A stretch of DNA of 64,000 nt from Botryllus schlosseri (taxonomy: Eukaryota). The position numbers were made by a program, and so were the translations under genes. The stretch's first letter is position 1; every line of letters starts with the position of its first letter. Of this stretch, positions 38,582 to 50,846 are shown piece after piece. The stretch is taken from positions 28,770,001 to 28,834,000 of the forward strand of contig CM119372.1 in the NCBI GenBank assembly GCA_051294905.1. The letters are read 5' to 3'. The notes beneath the pieces were generated by a model. It was not told the DNA's origin. It saw only the letters and a program-made list of their open reading frames with translations, and made no database searches.

Positions 38582-39847
38582 ATGGCCTATTCAAACGCAA
38601 TAAAAGGCCGTGAATATCAGCGTATTACCTATGGAAACAGGCCGAGATCACTCGATGTAATGACGCCACTCGGCTGTCAAACAAGCGAGGTGATAGACGC
38701 CATCATCACAGATCCCAGACTTGGGCAATACAAAGATCATATATCATCAATATATCAAATTGGAAGAACAACATACAACCTTACATTCCATCAACAAGCA
38801 GAAACAGAAGCAATTCGCGAAAGGTTCATGGAAATAACACACCTTGGAATACTAACAACAAATGGAATGATTTACTTTCAGAAGCCGAGGCCGCCTGCAG
38901 CACAGGTTAACATTAGAGCTGTACCCACAGAAGTGGAGGAAGACGAAATACGCCACAAAATAGCCCAATATCAATGCGGCACGGTACAAGGAGTAAAACT
39001 CATATACCATAAAGGAACTGCCATACACAACGGGTATCGGCAGATAACCATAGAAGGCTACATACCTGGAAAAATCCCGCCCTTCATATATCTAGGCCAA
39101 GCCCCGTGCAAGGTCTACCCACCAAATAATGAAGGGAGCGAGACATGCTACAAATGTCTACAGAGAGGACACACTGCGAACCAGTGTCCAAATCAAACAG
39201 CGTGCTTTCTGTGCAAACAGACAGGACATAGACGTGATCAATGTCCAACAAAAACTGATGAACAAATACCCTCAAATCAACGTAGAATACTAAAAGTAGA
39301 CGAAAACATAACACATGTCGATATGGTTGTGGAAGAACCAGCCCAACCAGATCTGAGTGAAAACGAAGAAAAATGCCCAACCCCTGTAGCGAGCGAGGCA
39401 GAGGTTGAGGAGACAAACGAACAAGAAGACAAGGACGAAAACGAAGAAGAAGAAACAGTAGAAGACTACTTTAACTTAGACCAACAATCACAGACAGATA
39501 GCGAACCAGATACACAAGCAGACAGCGAATTAGACAAAACAATCATTGAGAGAGCAGACAACGAAAGCAAATCGGACGAAGAACTAAAAATCATCACAAG
39601 TGATGATGAAACGCAAACAAGCACAAGCAGTAACCAACAAAAACGTATATTAAACAAAGACAGAGCCAACCAAACCTCGATACTTAGACAAAGATTCGAA
39701 GTTAGTAGCTTCACAGAAAAGGAATTCTTTAGCAAAACACATTACTCGCCAAACAAAAGAAGCAGGGACGCTCGTAGTCCGACATCGCCAACGGCAGGCA
39801 GAGCCAGACGAAAGCTGGCAAAGCCAGACCATAGCGATGAGAAATAG
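38582..39847 (+). CDS. ORF1 (gag-like) of element C, two CCHC zinc knuckles
   Basis: CYKCLQRGHTANQC and CFLCKQTGHRRDQC; VNIRAVP and HNGYR motifs parallel ORF1 of B; intact 421 aa. Confidence 0.9.
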   Translation: MAYSNAIKGREYQRITYGNRPRSLDVMTPLGCQTSEVIDAIITDPRLGQYKDHISSIYQIGRTTYNLTFHQQAETEAIRERFMEITHLGILTTNGMIYFQKPRPPAAQVNIRAVPTEVEEDEIRHKIAQYQCGTVQGVKLIYHKGTAIHNGYRQITIEGYIPGKIPPFIYLGQAPCKVYPPNNEGSETCYKCLQRGHTANQCPNQTACFLCKQTGHRRDQCPTKTDEQIPSNQRRILKVDENITHVDMVVEEPAQPDLSENEEKCPTPVASEAEVEETNEQEDKDENEEEETVEDYFNLDQQSQTDSEPDTQADSELDKTIIERADNESKSDEELKIITSDDETQTSTSSNQQKRILNKDRANQTSILRQRFEVSSFTEKEFFSKTHYSPNKRSRDARSPTSPTAGRARRKLAKPDHSDEK

Positions 39848-39891
39848 AAACGTGCCTTAAAGCGAACAAGTCTCCCCTCACTCTAAAGAAA

Positions 39892-42800
39892 ATGGAATTC
39901 GATTTAGATATATTATCTCTGAACGTAAATGGAATGTCCACCCACTGGCACAAAATCAAAAGTCTAATAAAAACAGAAAAGCACACAAACATCATATGCC
40001 TCACGGAAACACACAGAGTAGACACACAAAAAGTCCAGAAATGGGCAAATCAAAACAACCTCTTATACTATTCGAACCATATAGGCCTGAAAGAAAAGTG
40101 GGTAGACACGGCAGAAAGAAAAAAGTTATACTACAAAGGAACCGCGATACTAGTTAAAAAAGACCTGGAAAACCAATACCATTTGACACACAAGATAATC
40201 AGAGAAGACAGGGTGCAGCTACTAACCCTAATAGATAGAGAGACCGGAGAGGAAACAAACCTCTACAACATCTACGGTCCACCCGATGTAGGGAGGCATC
40301 AAACAGAGTTATATCAAGAACTCATAAACGAAATCGAAAAGAAACCGAATGATGCCATCATCTGTGGTGACTATAACATCGTCACTGAAAAAATAGATGC
40401 AAAAAACAACACAAACTTCACCATGACGCCAGCTGCTAAGATATGGAAATTTTTCACTGACATACATAAAATTAGAGATATCTGGAGGTGGAGAAACCCA
40501 AGAACCAGGCTGTACACAGTCATAAAACACCAACAATCCAGAAGAGTCGATAACATCTACGTATCAGAAAGATTCCTGAGCCGAGTTAAGTCATGCGAAC
40601 ACAAACTAAACTTCGTCTCTGACCACATCTTCTTACAAAAGATCCACATAAGAATGAAACCAAGGCAGAGCAGATGGGGCAAGGGAATCTGGAAAAACGA
40701 CACCAGAAAATACGCAGATGATAGCCTACGGAAACAGATAGAAAACCTACACGAAAGATGTGCCCAGGACAAACCAATCTTTGATGATATCTATGAATGG
40801 TGGGACCATTACAAAAAAGAAATGAGGAGACTAATAAGCACAAACGAAAGGCACAAAAGAATCGCGGCAAATAAAGAAAAACAAGCGATACAAGAAAATA
40901 TCGCAAAAACACTACAAAACACCAGTGGGGACCAAAACACCTACGAAGAAGCAAAAAAACTCAAAAAAACAGAAGAAGAAAACATAAGATACCAATGCAT
41001 ACTGCACAAGTTGCATGACATCGAAGAGAATGAAAAACCCACCAAGTACTTCTACGATAAACTAAAGCAACGCAAAGAAAGTAAAATCTTTACAACTTTA
41101 GTGAACGAATCGGGAGTAGAAACGAAAAATAACATAGAAACTATGCGCGCAGTGGAAGATTTTTATAAAAATCTGTGGGGGAAGTCAAAGCAAGAGGACT
41201 CCAAGCTCCAAGACGACTACTTAGAAAATATAAGTGGCCTTCACATAAGTGAAGAAGAAAGAGCCCAGCTGGAAAGCCAAATTGACGAGGCAGAAGTTCG
41301 ACACGCGATCCAAAACATGGAGAATAGAAAGACTCCCGGCTCTGACGGGCTGTCCAAAGAATACTATGCGACATATTGGAACATTCTTAAAAAAGAACTG
41401 ACGGAGGTTATTAATAATGCATATATGTTTGGTGGATTATGTAAATCATGGACAACGGGTATTACAACATTACTATACAAAAAAGGAGAACCAAAGAAAT
41501 TAAAAAACTGGCGGCCAATAACTCTCTTGAATACAGACTACAAAATATTTCCGGAATCATATCGAACAGGCTTAAACCCATCTTACCAAACCTTATCCAC
41601 CACACACAAAAATGCGCTATAAAAGAACGGCAGATAACCGACGTCCTAAGAAATACCCAAGCGGTAATAGAATATGCCCAAGAAAAACATAAAGAACTCC
41701 TGGTCATGAACTTGGACCAGGAAAATGCTTTTGATAGGATTCATCACGAATACCTCTTCAAAATCTTGGGAGCATACCAACTACCCAACAACCTGACACG
41801 CATAATACGAGAAATCTATGAAAACGCCTCCAGCAAGATCCAAGTCAACGGAGCACTTACGAACCATATAAAAATAGAACGTGGAATCAGACAGGGGTGT
41901 CCGCTGAGTATGGCGCTCTACGCCATCAGCAGTGACCCCCTGTCAAGAAAAATCGAAAACGACGACAAAATAAAGCCATTTAACATCGGCAAAACGAAAA
42001 TCAAAATTCAGCAATACGCTGACGACATAACCTGTTACTTAACCTGCGAAAAGGACGTAAAACAAATATTAAGTGAATTTGGCAAATTCGAACGCGCAAC
42101 GGGACAGAGCCTTAACACCGGAAAAACCGAGATTCTACATATTAACCCGAAAAAACATCGGACTCGAATCCCGGAATTAGAAAGTAAAAAAAAAGATATG
42201 ATAAAAATACTCGTACAATATTACGGTAAAAATCAAAATAAAGAAACCTGGAAAGAGAGAATAGCCAAATTGAAACGTATATTTTACGCCTACCGAAACA
42301 GGAATTTGACATGGACAGGGAAACTCACAATCCTAAACTCCCTTGCGTCAAGTCAGATATTGTACAATGCCAGAGTAATAACACCGCTCAAAGAGGACAT
42401 TAAAAACATCGAAAAACTATACTTCGAATTTCTGTGGCATCCACAGAAAATGGAATGTATTGCGAGAAAAACGCTCATTGCAAACAAAGAAAAAGGCGGG
42501 ATCGGATTCCCTGATGTAATAGGGAAAATCCAAACCTGCCAAGCAGAAAAAATTGCAATTCTAAAAAAACTTGTTACGCCAACAGAAATATGGCACAAAC
42601 ATGCCATCTATGAACTTGGTACCAAACTTAAAGGGATTAACAGTAAATTATATAACAACTCAGAAGCACATAAATACCCGACCCCCAAAAATTGGATAGA
42701 TACTCTGAACATAACAAATAAGCTGGAACTGACGGAAGAAGAATGGGGAGAAATAACACACAAAAAATTGTACACAGAAATCAAAAAACTGAGAGCAAAT

Positions 42801-43354
42801 AACCCAACTATTAGATTAGAAAATGGTACCGAGGCAAAATGGTCAAAAATCTGGAAAACGAAATACAAGGGCCAAACCATCATCACAAACAAAGAATTGG
42901 AAATAAACTACAGAATTGCAATAGAAGGGTATATATTTGGTGAAAAAAAGCGAAATAGAAATATGACACACACCAAATATAACAAACCGCTGCTTTTAAA
43001 CTGCAAATTCTGCGGAGCGAAAAATGATAATGCAAAACACCTGATTACGGAATGCACATATATTAAAAAGATCAGAAAAAATATAGAATGTGCACTAAAA
43101 TTACGTTGTCAAACGACGCAATTATGTACAATAATGAAAAAAATAAAATTAATTGGATATTAACATCAATCCTAAAGAGAAAAACCATAAACACGAAAAT
43201 ATCGCTCGACATTAACAACGAAAGAGTAGATCGTGAGGACATTGAAAAGAAAACCCTGAAAAAAATGAAAAAAAGACTCGAGAGAATAACACCGAACCCG
43301 GAAATACGCGAATGGGTTGAAAAAATAGTACTATATCTAGAAGAAATATCGTAA
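39892..43354 (+). pseudogene. ORF2 of element C (EN-RT-CCHC), two frameshifts
   Basis: CLTETH, GDYN, SDH, KTPGSDG, GIRQGCPLS, QYADD, CKFC..H..C; frame changes near 41550 and 43100; visibly closer to ORF2 of A than to B. Confidence 0.92.
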
Positions 43355-43850
43355 ATTGAAAAAAAGAAAACACAATATTAGATCAACTTGGGTTCCAAAC
43401 GAGAGTTTGGTTAATCTAACAAACACCACAGAGAAAAAAAGTGAAAAAATCCCTACAGGGGGGAGGGGGGGCTCGACAGAAAGCCACCAAACCACTCGCT
43501 TCCGGCGGTGAACCTCTGATCCACAAACGGGAGTCTGGAATACACAACACTCTTTTGATGTTGGAGTAGTTGGTTGTAATAAGGTACACACCAACTACAA
43601 AAACAGCTATCTAGAAACAACAGTACGCAAATAAGAGCTATCTAGAAACAAGAGTACGCAAATAAGAGTAAAATAAACAAGAAGAAACCTTTAAATTATG
43701 TTTATAAACTGTTTGAACCCTAAGTTTATAAAAAAAAAAAAAATAATAATAAATATGTAATAAAGACCCCGGCGGGAGGCAGCCCTAACCTAAGAGAGGA
43801 CCGCCAAACGCCGGCGGATACGGAGAGCCGTATAAAAAAAAAAAAAAAAA

Positions 43851-44240
43851 CCTTGTGGTACAACCGATACTTCCAATCACTTGCACACCTTGGAAGAGTA
43901 TGGCCCTTGGCCTTCATATTCCAACCCGGGATCTCTGTCAGCTTGACTGGCCAGTATCCCAGTCACAAGTATGGTGGCGGCGGGACAAGCCTCCGCAGAC
44001 GCCCCCAGCCAAAGCCTGCTTGTGACAGCCGTTTGAACCAACAAGGAAGAGAAACTTTGAAGGTAAAAATGGCAACCAGAAGCAACCTTTTGTGAGCTCT
44101 TGGGTCCTTTCGACCCAAGAGTGACCTATTAAGGCGCTTGTGGCAATAGCAACATGGTGTAGTGCCATGCGGCTGCCACAAGCGTAACGGGGTGGAGGTT
44201 TACTGCGGTTCCTCCAGGTTACCCCTAAAAAAAAAAAAAA
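43851..44240 (+). mobile_element. Poly(A)-tailed, highly structured 3' fragment of another retroelement or SINE
   Basis: Lies between two poly(A) runs; stems CTCTTGGGTC/GACCCAAGAG, GCTTGTGGCA/TGCCACAAGC, GGGGT/ACCCC directly before A14. Confidence 0.55.
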
Positions 44241-44987
44241 TGATGAACAAGCATGGCAATGCGCCATAACCACTGAAATAAAAAATAGAGTGAACTACAA
44301 AGAAGAAACCGTTTTATTTAAGTTCGAAAACAATTCAAACACCTTATTTAAAAAAAAACAAAAACCATAAAAAATAACAAAAATGTGTAATCAAATCCCC
44401 GAGCGGGAGGCAGCCCTGCAGATCAGTGATGAGCATCGGAGCGGAGTCGGAGTGGATTCGGAGCGGAGTTTTGCCGATTTTGTGACAGTCGGAGCGGAGT
44501 CGGAGTTTACTAGAGATATTTTTTCGGAGTACTGTAACTTTTGTCTCCGATATATTTGGATAGCTCTGACCAGAATACACTATTGATTATGATTACAAGC
44601 CAAAACACAGACAGTTGACACCTTGTGAAGTTGTAATATGACGGGTAACATGCAAAAATGATAGGCAAGGGCATAAAAATCAGTCATCTGCACTGCAATT
44701 GGGGACTAGAGAGTAAACAATACTATGAGTCCAACCATATTATCACATGTACCATGTTGTACCATGTACCATGCTTGCCACTGTCTCGGATACTTGACGA
44801 GATTCATCGGAGTATCTCGGAGTCTTGGATTAAAGCTCTTCGGAGTCGGAGGGAGTTTTCCTCAGACACTAAAGTTGTCGGAGGGATTCGGAGTCTCGAA
44901 AAGCACTATCCGCTCACCACTGCTGCAGATGCGAGAGGGATGCCAAACGCCGGCGGTTACGGAGAGCCGTATAAAAAAAAAAAAAAA
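44241..44987 (+). mobile_element. 5'-truncated retroelement copy D1 (~240 bp), interrupted by a MITE
   Basis: Near-identical to 44988-45228; conserved tail ending TACGGAGAGCCGTAT plus poly(A). Confidence 0.75.
44424..44922. mobile_element. 499-bp hAT-type MITE
   Basis: 8-bp TSD CTGCAGAT (44416-44423 and 44923-44930); TIRs CAGTGATGAGC / GCTCACCACTG; CGGAG(T/C) subterminal repeats; the empty site is visible in copy D2. Confidence 0.88.
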
Positions 44988-45228
44988 GATGATGAACAAG
45001 CATGGCAATGCGCCATAACCAGTGAAATAAAAAATAGAGTGAACTACAAAGAAGAAACCGTTTTATTTAAGTTCGAAAACAATTCAAACACCTTATTTAA
45101 AAAAAAAAAAAACCATAACAAATAACAAAAATGTGTAATCAAATCCCCGAGCGGGAGGCAGCCCTGCAGATGCGAGAGGGCTGCCAAACGCCGGCGGTTA
45201 CGGAGAGCCGTATAAAAAAAAAAAAAAA
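44988..45228 (+). mobile_element. 5'-truncated retroelement copy D2
   Basis: Conserved tail plus poly(A) joined to the U1 3' flank TTAAATAGCTC. Confidence 0.75.
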
Positions 45229-46036
45229 TTAAATAGCTCATGGTGCACGGGAAAGAATTCGTGGCCAGCGGCTCTCGTAACGACACTCATTTACATGCAT
45301 TCTCGCAAAGCCGCTGATTATTATAAATATACCAAATACTTGGTTTGTTGATTTATTTTCCCCCTCGGACCGAACGTAGCCATATAACACGTTTTGAGTT
45401 GGCCTACACCTCGATTTGTTCTCGTAGACCTGCGATATAGCAATGGCGTCTGACCTTTACATCGTTATAGTGTCTGTTTCTGGGTAAGATTTAACGATTA
45501 GCGGTTAGTAGGTCTTTTCCGTATAGTGCGAGCCTAATTTCTTTTTCACCTAGCTCTCCTGAACTGATCATATACACTTCATGTATTTTGATAAGCGCCT
45601 GGATTGTGGCGAGAATTGATGACAGTCGGCAGATCAGAAATTAATCTACAATAGGCTTTCCCTATATGCCTCGCTTTTGTAGCTGTGAAAACTTTGCATT
45701 GCTATGTCTCGCTTCTGTAATCCTATACCGGCTCTTTATTGGCAAAGCGAATATCAGAGCACCATGGAGATGACCATAAAACGCAAGATAATGATTATCG
45801 CACTTTTAAGCAAGGAATGGACGGTGGAATTCGCAATTGGACGCCGCAGTCAGTCCAATATCATCGATGACGTCCCAATCATATTTTGCGTTCGCGTCTA
45901 GTAGAAAATATTTCATTTTGCTTCGGCGATTCAAAGCGCACTTGGTGAATGCATTTATGCATATGTGGAGAGCGTGCTCACCACAATATTTATTTTGTTG
46001 TATGAAATTGGGTGTCAATAAATTTCTGGAAAACTC

Positions 46037-46198
46037 ATACTTACCTGACGAGGCAGTGAACCATGATCAAAAAGGCGGTTCTGCCCGGGCGAGGCCTAGC
46101 CATTGCACTTCGGCTTGATTGACCTCGGCGATTACCCCAAATGTGGGTAACTCGGTCGTGTAATTTCTGGTAGTGGGGTCTGCGTTCGCGCTAACCCT
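46037..46198 (+). ncRNA. RNU1: U1 snRNA
   Basis: U1 motifs intact. Confidence 0.95.
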
Positions 46199-47004
46199 TT
46201 CCATCCAACCATACTAATTAAATAGCTCACAGTGCATGGAAAAGAATTCGTGGCCAGCGGCTCTCGTAACGACACTCACTTACATGCATTCTCGCAAAGC
46301 CGCTGATTATAATAAATATACCAAATACTTGGTTTGTTGATTTATTTTCCCCCTCGGAACGAACGTGGCCATATAACACGTTTTCAGTTGGCCTACACCT
46401 CGATTTGTTCTCGTGGACCTGCGATATAGCAATGGCGTCTGACCTTTACATCGTTATAGTGTCTGTTTCTGGGTAAGATTTCACGATTAGCGGTTAGTAG
46501 GCCTTTTCCGTATAGTGCGAGCCTAAATTCTTTTTCACCTAGCTCTCCTGAACTGATCATATACACTTCATGTATTTTGATAAGCGCCTGGATTGTGGCG
46601 AGAATTGATGACAGTCAGCAGATCAGAAATTAATCTACAATAGGCTTTCCCTATACGCCTCGCTTTTGTAGCTGTGAAAACTTTGCATTGCTATGTCACG
46701 CTTCTGTAATCCTATACCGGCTCTTTATTGCCAAAGCGAATATCAGAGCACCATGGAGATGACCATAACACGCAAGATAATGATTATCGCACTTTTGAGC
46801 AAGGGATGGACGGTGGAGGCGTCCAATATCATCGATGACGTCCCAATCATATTTGGCGTTCGCGTCTAGTAGAAACTATTTCATTTTGCTTCGGCGATTC
46901 AAAGCGCACTTGGTGAATGCATTTATGCATATGTGGTGAGCGTGCTCACCACAATATTTATTTTGTTGTATGAAATTGGGTGTCAATAAATTTCTGGAAA
47001 ACTC

Positions 47005-47166
47005 ATACTTACCTGACGAGGCAGTGAACCATGATCAAAAAGGCGGTTCTGCCCGGGCGAGGCCTAGCCATTGCACTTCGGCTTGGTTGACCTCGGCGAT
47101 TACCCTAAATGTGGGTAACTCGGTCGTGTAATTTCTGGTAGTGGGGTCTGCGTTCGCGCTAACCCT
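47005..47166 (+). ncRNA. RNU1: U1 snRNA
   Basis: U1 motifs intact. Confidence 0.95.
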
Positions 47167-47433
47167 TTCCATCCAACCAACCATACTAATTAAATAGTTC
47201 ACAGTGCACGGAAAAGAATTCGTGGCCAGCGGCTCTCGTAACGACACTCACTTACATGCATTCTCGCAAAGCCGCTGATTATTATAAATATACCAAATAC
47301 TTGGTTTGTTGATTTATTTTCCCCCTCGGAACGAACGTGGCCATATAACACGTTTTGAGTTGGCCTACACCTCGATTTGTTCTCGTGGACCTGCGATATA
47401 GCAATGGCGTCTGACCTTTACATCGTTATAGTG

Positions 47434-48315
47434 CAGGGGCTGGCAACTTCTCCAGTCGGCGGGCCGGATAGAGGAAAATTAGGTACTTGGCGGGCCGGAT
47501 TGCTGAATCGACACATTATTCGCCCATTTATCCACATATACAAGGAATAAATCGTATTTAATAAATGTATTTTAACGACAGCAATGTCGCTTCAAAGCCA
47601 TTTCTCCGATAATGGCGAGGACAGTGTGGATTTGAGAATAACATTATCATACAGGCGCCGCCATGTCTGCTTCACTCTGATCAATCAACACACGGTGCAA
47701 TCCCTAGTTAAGATTTCAAGTCGTTCGATGACCCCGGTAACCCTAATTTACCAAGATATCAATTCATTAGGGTTGAGTAGGTGCCGTGATAGCGTCGTTG
47801 TTCAACTGTGTGGCGTAAATAATCTCGAATATTGAATTCATACGGCCCGCGTTTTCTACAAAATTTGAAAACTGGCCTGCGACCCGTTTTGAGATGGCGA
47901 CCCCTGGAATATGCGGTGCCTTACAAAAGCCTAGAAGTGTGGCGTGCTACAAGTCGGCGGTTGCGGAATCGAAAATAAGAAATATATCAGTCTGGTGTAA
48001 ATGACCATTGTAGTCGACAAAAATCATGATTACCACAGACGACATTAGGGTTGAGTGCATATCGCAAATGCCGATAATGCAAGTCTTCTCGCTTCGACGA
48101 ACTTACGCGTATGCTCCACTCTCGCAACGATGCGCACACACGTATATAATAATATACAGTCACTTAAATTTGACGTAGTATGCAAGTAGTGGGGGATCTC
48201 GACAGACTGGGGCCGCGGGCCACATTATCATGTAAGACGGAAAACCGTCCGCGGGCCGGACAAAATCCCTTCGCGGGCCGGATCCGGCCCGCGGGCCGTA
48301 TGTTGCCCACCCCTG
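47434..48315. mobile_element. 882-bp hAT-type MITE, complete
   Basis: 8-bp TSD TTATAGTG; TIRs CAGGGGCTGGCAAC / GTTGCCCACCCCTG; GCGGGCCG subterminal repeats; empty sites in neighbouring units. Confidence 0.92.
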
Positions 48316-48887
48316 TTATAGTGTCTGTTTCTGGGTAAGATTTAACGATTAGCGGTTAGTAGGCCTTTTCCGTATAGTGCGAGCCTAATTTCTTTTTCAC
48401 CTAGCTCTCCTGAACTGATCATATACACTTCATGTATTTCGATAAGCGCCTGGATTGTGGCGAGAATTGATGACAGTCGGCAGATCAGAAATTAATCTAT
48501 AATAGGCTTTCCCTATATGCCTCGCTTTTGTAGCTGTGAAAACTTTGCATTGCTATGTCACGCTTCTGTAATCCTATACCGGCTCTTTATTGGCAAAGCG
48601 AATATCAGAGCACCATGGAGATGACCATAAACCGCAAGATAATGATTATCGCACTTTTAAGCAAGGAATGGACGGTGGAATTCGCAATTGGACGCCGCAG
48701 TCAGTCCAATATCATCGATGACGTCCCAATCATATTTTGCGTTCGCGTCTAGTAGAAACTATTTCATTTTGCTTCGGCGATTCAAAGCGCACTTGGTGAA
48801 TGCATTTATGCATATGTGGAGAGCGTGCTCACCACAATATTTATTTTGTTGTATGAAATTGGGTGTCAATAAATTTCTGGAAAACTC

Positions 48888-49049
48888 ATACTTACCTGAC
48901 GAGGCAGTGAACCATGATCAAAAAGGCGATTCTGCCCGGGCGAGGCCTAGCCATTGCACTTCGGCTTGATTGACCTCGGCGATTACCCCAAATTTGGGTA
49001 ACTCGGTCGTGTAATTTCTGGTAGTGGAGTCTGCGTTCGCGCTAACCCT
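48888..49049 (+). ncRNA. RNU1: U1 snRNA (several stem substitutions)
   Basis: U1 motifs present. Confidence 0.9.
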
Positions 49050-49853
49050 TTCCATCCAATCATACTAATTAAATAGCTCACAGTGCATGGAAAAGAATTC
49101 GTGGCCAGCGGCTCTCGTAACGACACTCACGTACATGCATTCTCGCAAAGCCGCTGATTATAATAAATATACCAAATACTTGGTTTGTTGATTTATTTTC
49201 CCCTCGGAACGAACGTGGCCATATAACACGTTTTGAGTTGGCCTACACCTCGATTTGTTCTCGTGGACCTGCGATATAGCAATGGTGTCTGACCTTTACA
49301 TCGTTATAGTGTCTGTTTCTGGGTAAGATTTCACGATTAGCGGTAGTAGGCCTTTTCCGTATAGTGCGAGCCTAAATTCTTTTTCACCTAGCTCTCCTGA
49401 ACTGATCATATACACTTCATGTATTTTGATATGCGCCTGGATTGTGGCGAGAATTGATGACAGTCAGCAGATCAGAAATTAATCTACAATAGGCTTTCCC
49501 TATATGCCTCGCTTTTGTAGCTGTGAAAACTTTGCATTGCTATGTCACGCTTCTGTAATCCTATACCGGCTCTTTATTGCCAAAGCGAATATCAGAGCAC
49601 CATGGAGATGACCATAACACGCAAGATAATGATTATCGCACTTTTGAGCAAGGAATGGACGGTGGAGGCGTCCAATATCATCGATGACGTCCCAATCATA
49701 TTTGGCGTTCGCGTCTAGTAGAAACTATTTCATTTTGCTTCGGCGATTCAAAGCGCACTTGGTGAATGCATTTATGCATATGTGGTGAGCGTGCTCACCA
49801 CAATATTTATTTTGTTGTATGAAATTGGGTGTCAATAAATTTCTGGAAAACTC

Positions 49854-50015
49854 ATACTTACCTGACGAGGCAGTGAACCATGATCAAAAAGGCGGTTCTG
49901 CCCGGGCGAGGCCTAGCCATTGCACTTCGGCTTGGTTGACCTCGGCGATTACCCTAAATGTGGGTAACTCGGTCGTGTAATTACTGGTATTGGGGTCTGC
50001 GTTCGCGCTAACCCT
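49854..50015 (+). ncRNA. RNU1: U1 snRNA variant (Sm site AATTACTGG)
   Basis: U1 motifs; Sm U-tract interrupted. Confidence 0.88.
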
Positions 50016-50846
50016 TTCCATCTAACCAACCATACTAATTAAATAGCTCACAGTGCACGGAAAAGAATTCGTGGCCAGCGGCTCTCGTAACGACACTCAC
50101 TTACATGCATTCTCGCAAAGCCGCTGATTATTATAAATATACCAAATACTTGGTTTGTTGATTTATTTTCCCCCTCGGAACGAACGTGGCCATATAACAC
50201 GTTTTGAGTTGGCCTACACCTCGATTTGTTCTCGTAGACCTGCGATATAGCAATGGCGTCTGACCGTTACATCGGTATAGTGTCTGTTTCTGGTTAAGAT
50301 TTCACGGTTAGCGGTTAGTAGGCCTTTTCCGTATAGTGCGAGCCTAATTTCTTTTTCACCTAGCTCTCCTGAACTGATCATATACACTTCATGTATTTTG
50401 ATAAGCACCTGGATTGTGGCGAGAATTGATGACAGTCTGCAGATCAGAAATTAATCTACAATAGGCTTTCCCTATATGCCTCGCTTTTGTAGCTGTGAAA
50501 ACTTTGCATTGCTATGTCTCGCTTCTGTAATCCTATACCGGCTCTTTATTGGCAAAGCGAATATCAGAGCACCATGGAGATGACCATAAAACACAAGATA
50601 ATGATTATCGCTCTTTTAAGCAAGGAATGGACGGTGGAATTCGCAATTGGACGCCGCAGTCAGTCCAATATCATCGATGACGTCCCAATCATATTTGGCG
50701 TTCGCGTCTAGTAGAAACTATTTCATTTTGCTTCGGCGATTCAAAGCGCACTTGGTGAATGCATTTATGCATATGTGGAGAGCGTGCTCACCACAATATT
50801 TATTTTGTTGTATGAAATTGGGTGTCAATAAATTTCTGGAAAACTC

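Larger units (their letters stand above)
19256..43850 (+). mobile_element. Tx1/L1-clade retrotransposon C (own sequence probably 19256-19443 plus 38154 to ~43850), containing nested element B
   Basis: Begins where the U1 3' flank stops (..GAATTCGTG|ATGATTGG). Pyrimidine-rich UTR resumes after B, with ATTTCCGTT duplicated at 19435-19443 and 38153-38161. ORF1, ORF2 and an A-like tail with poly(A) ending 43850; the 3' boundary is uncertain. Confidence 0.7.

Noticed and set aside
33340..42892. Minus-strand hydrophobic ORFs over the retrotransposons
   Set aside because: Antisense shadows of A-rich coding strands
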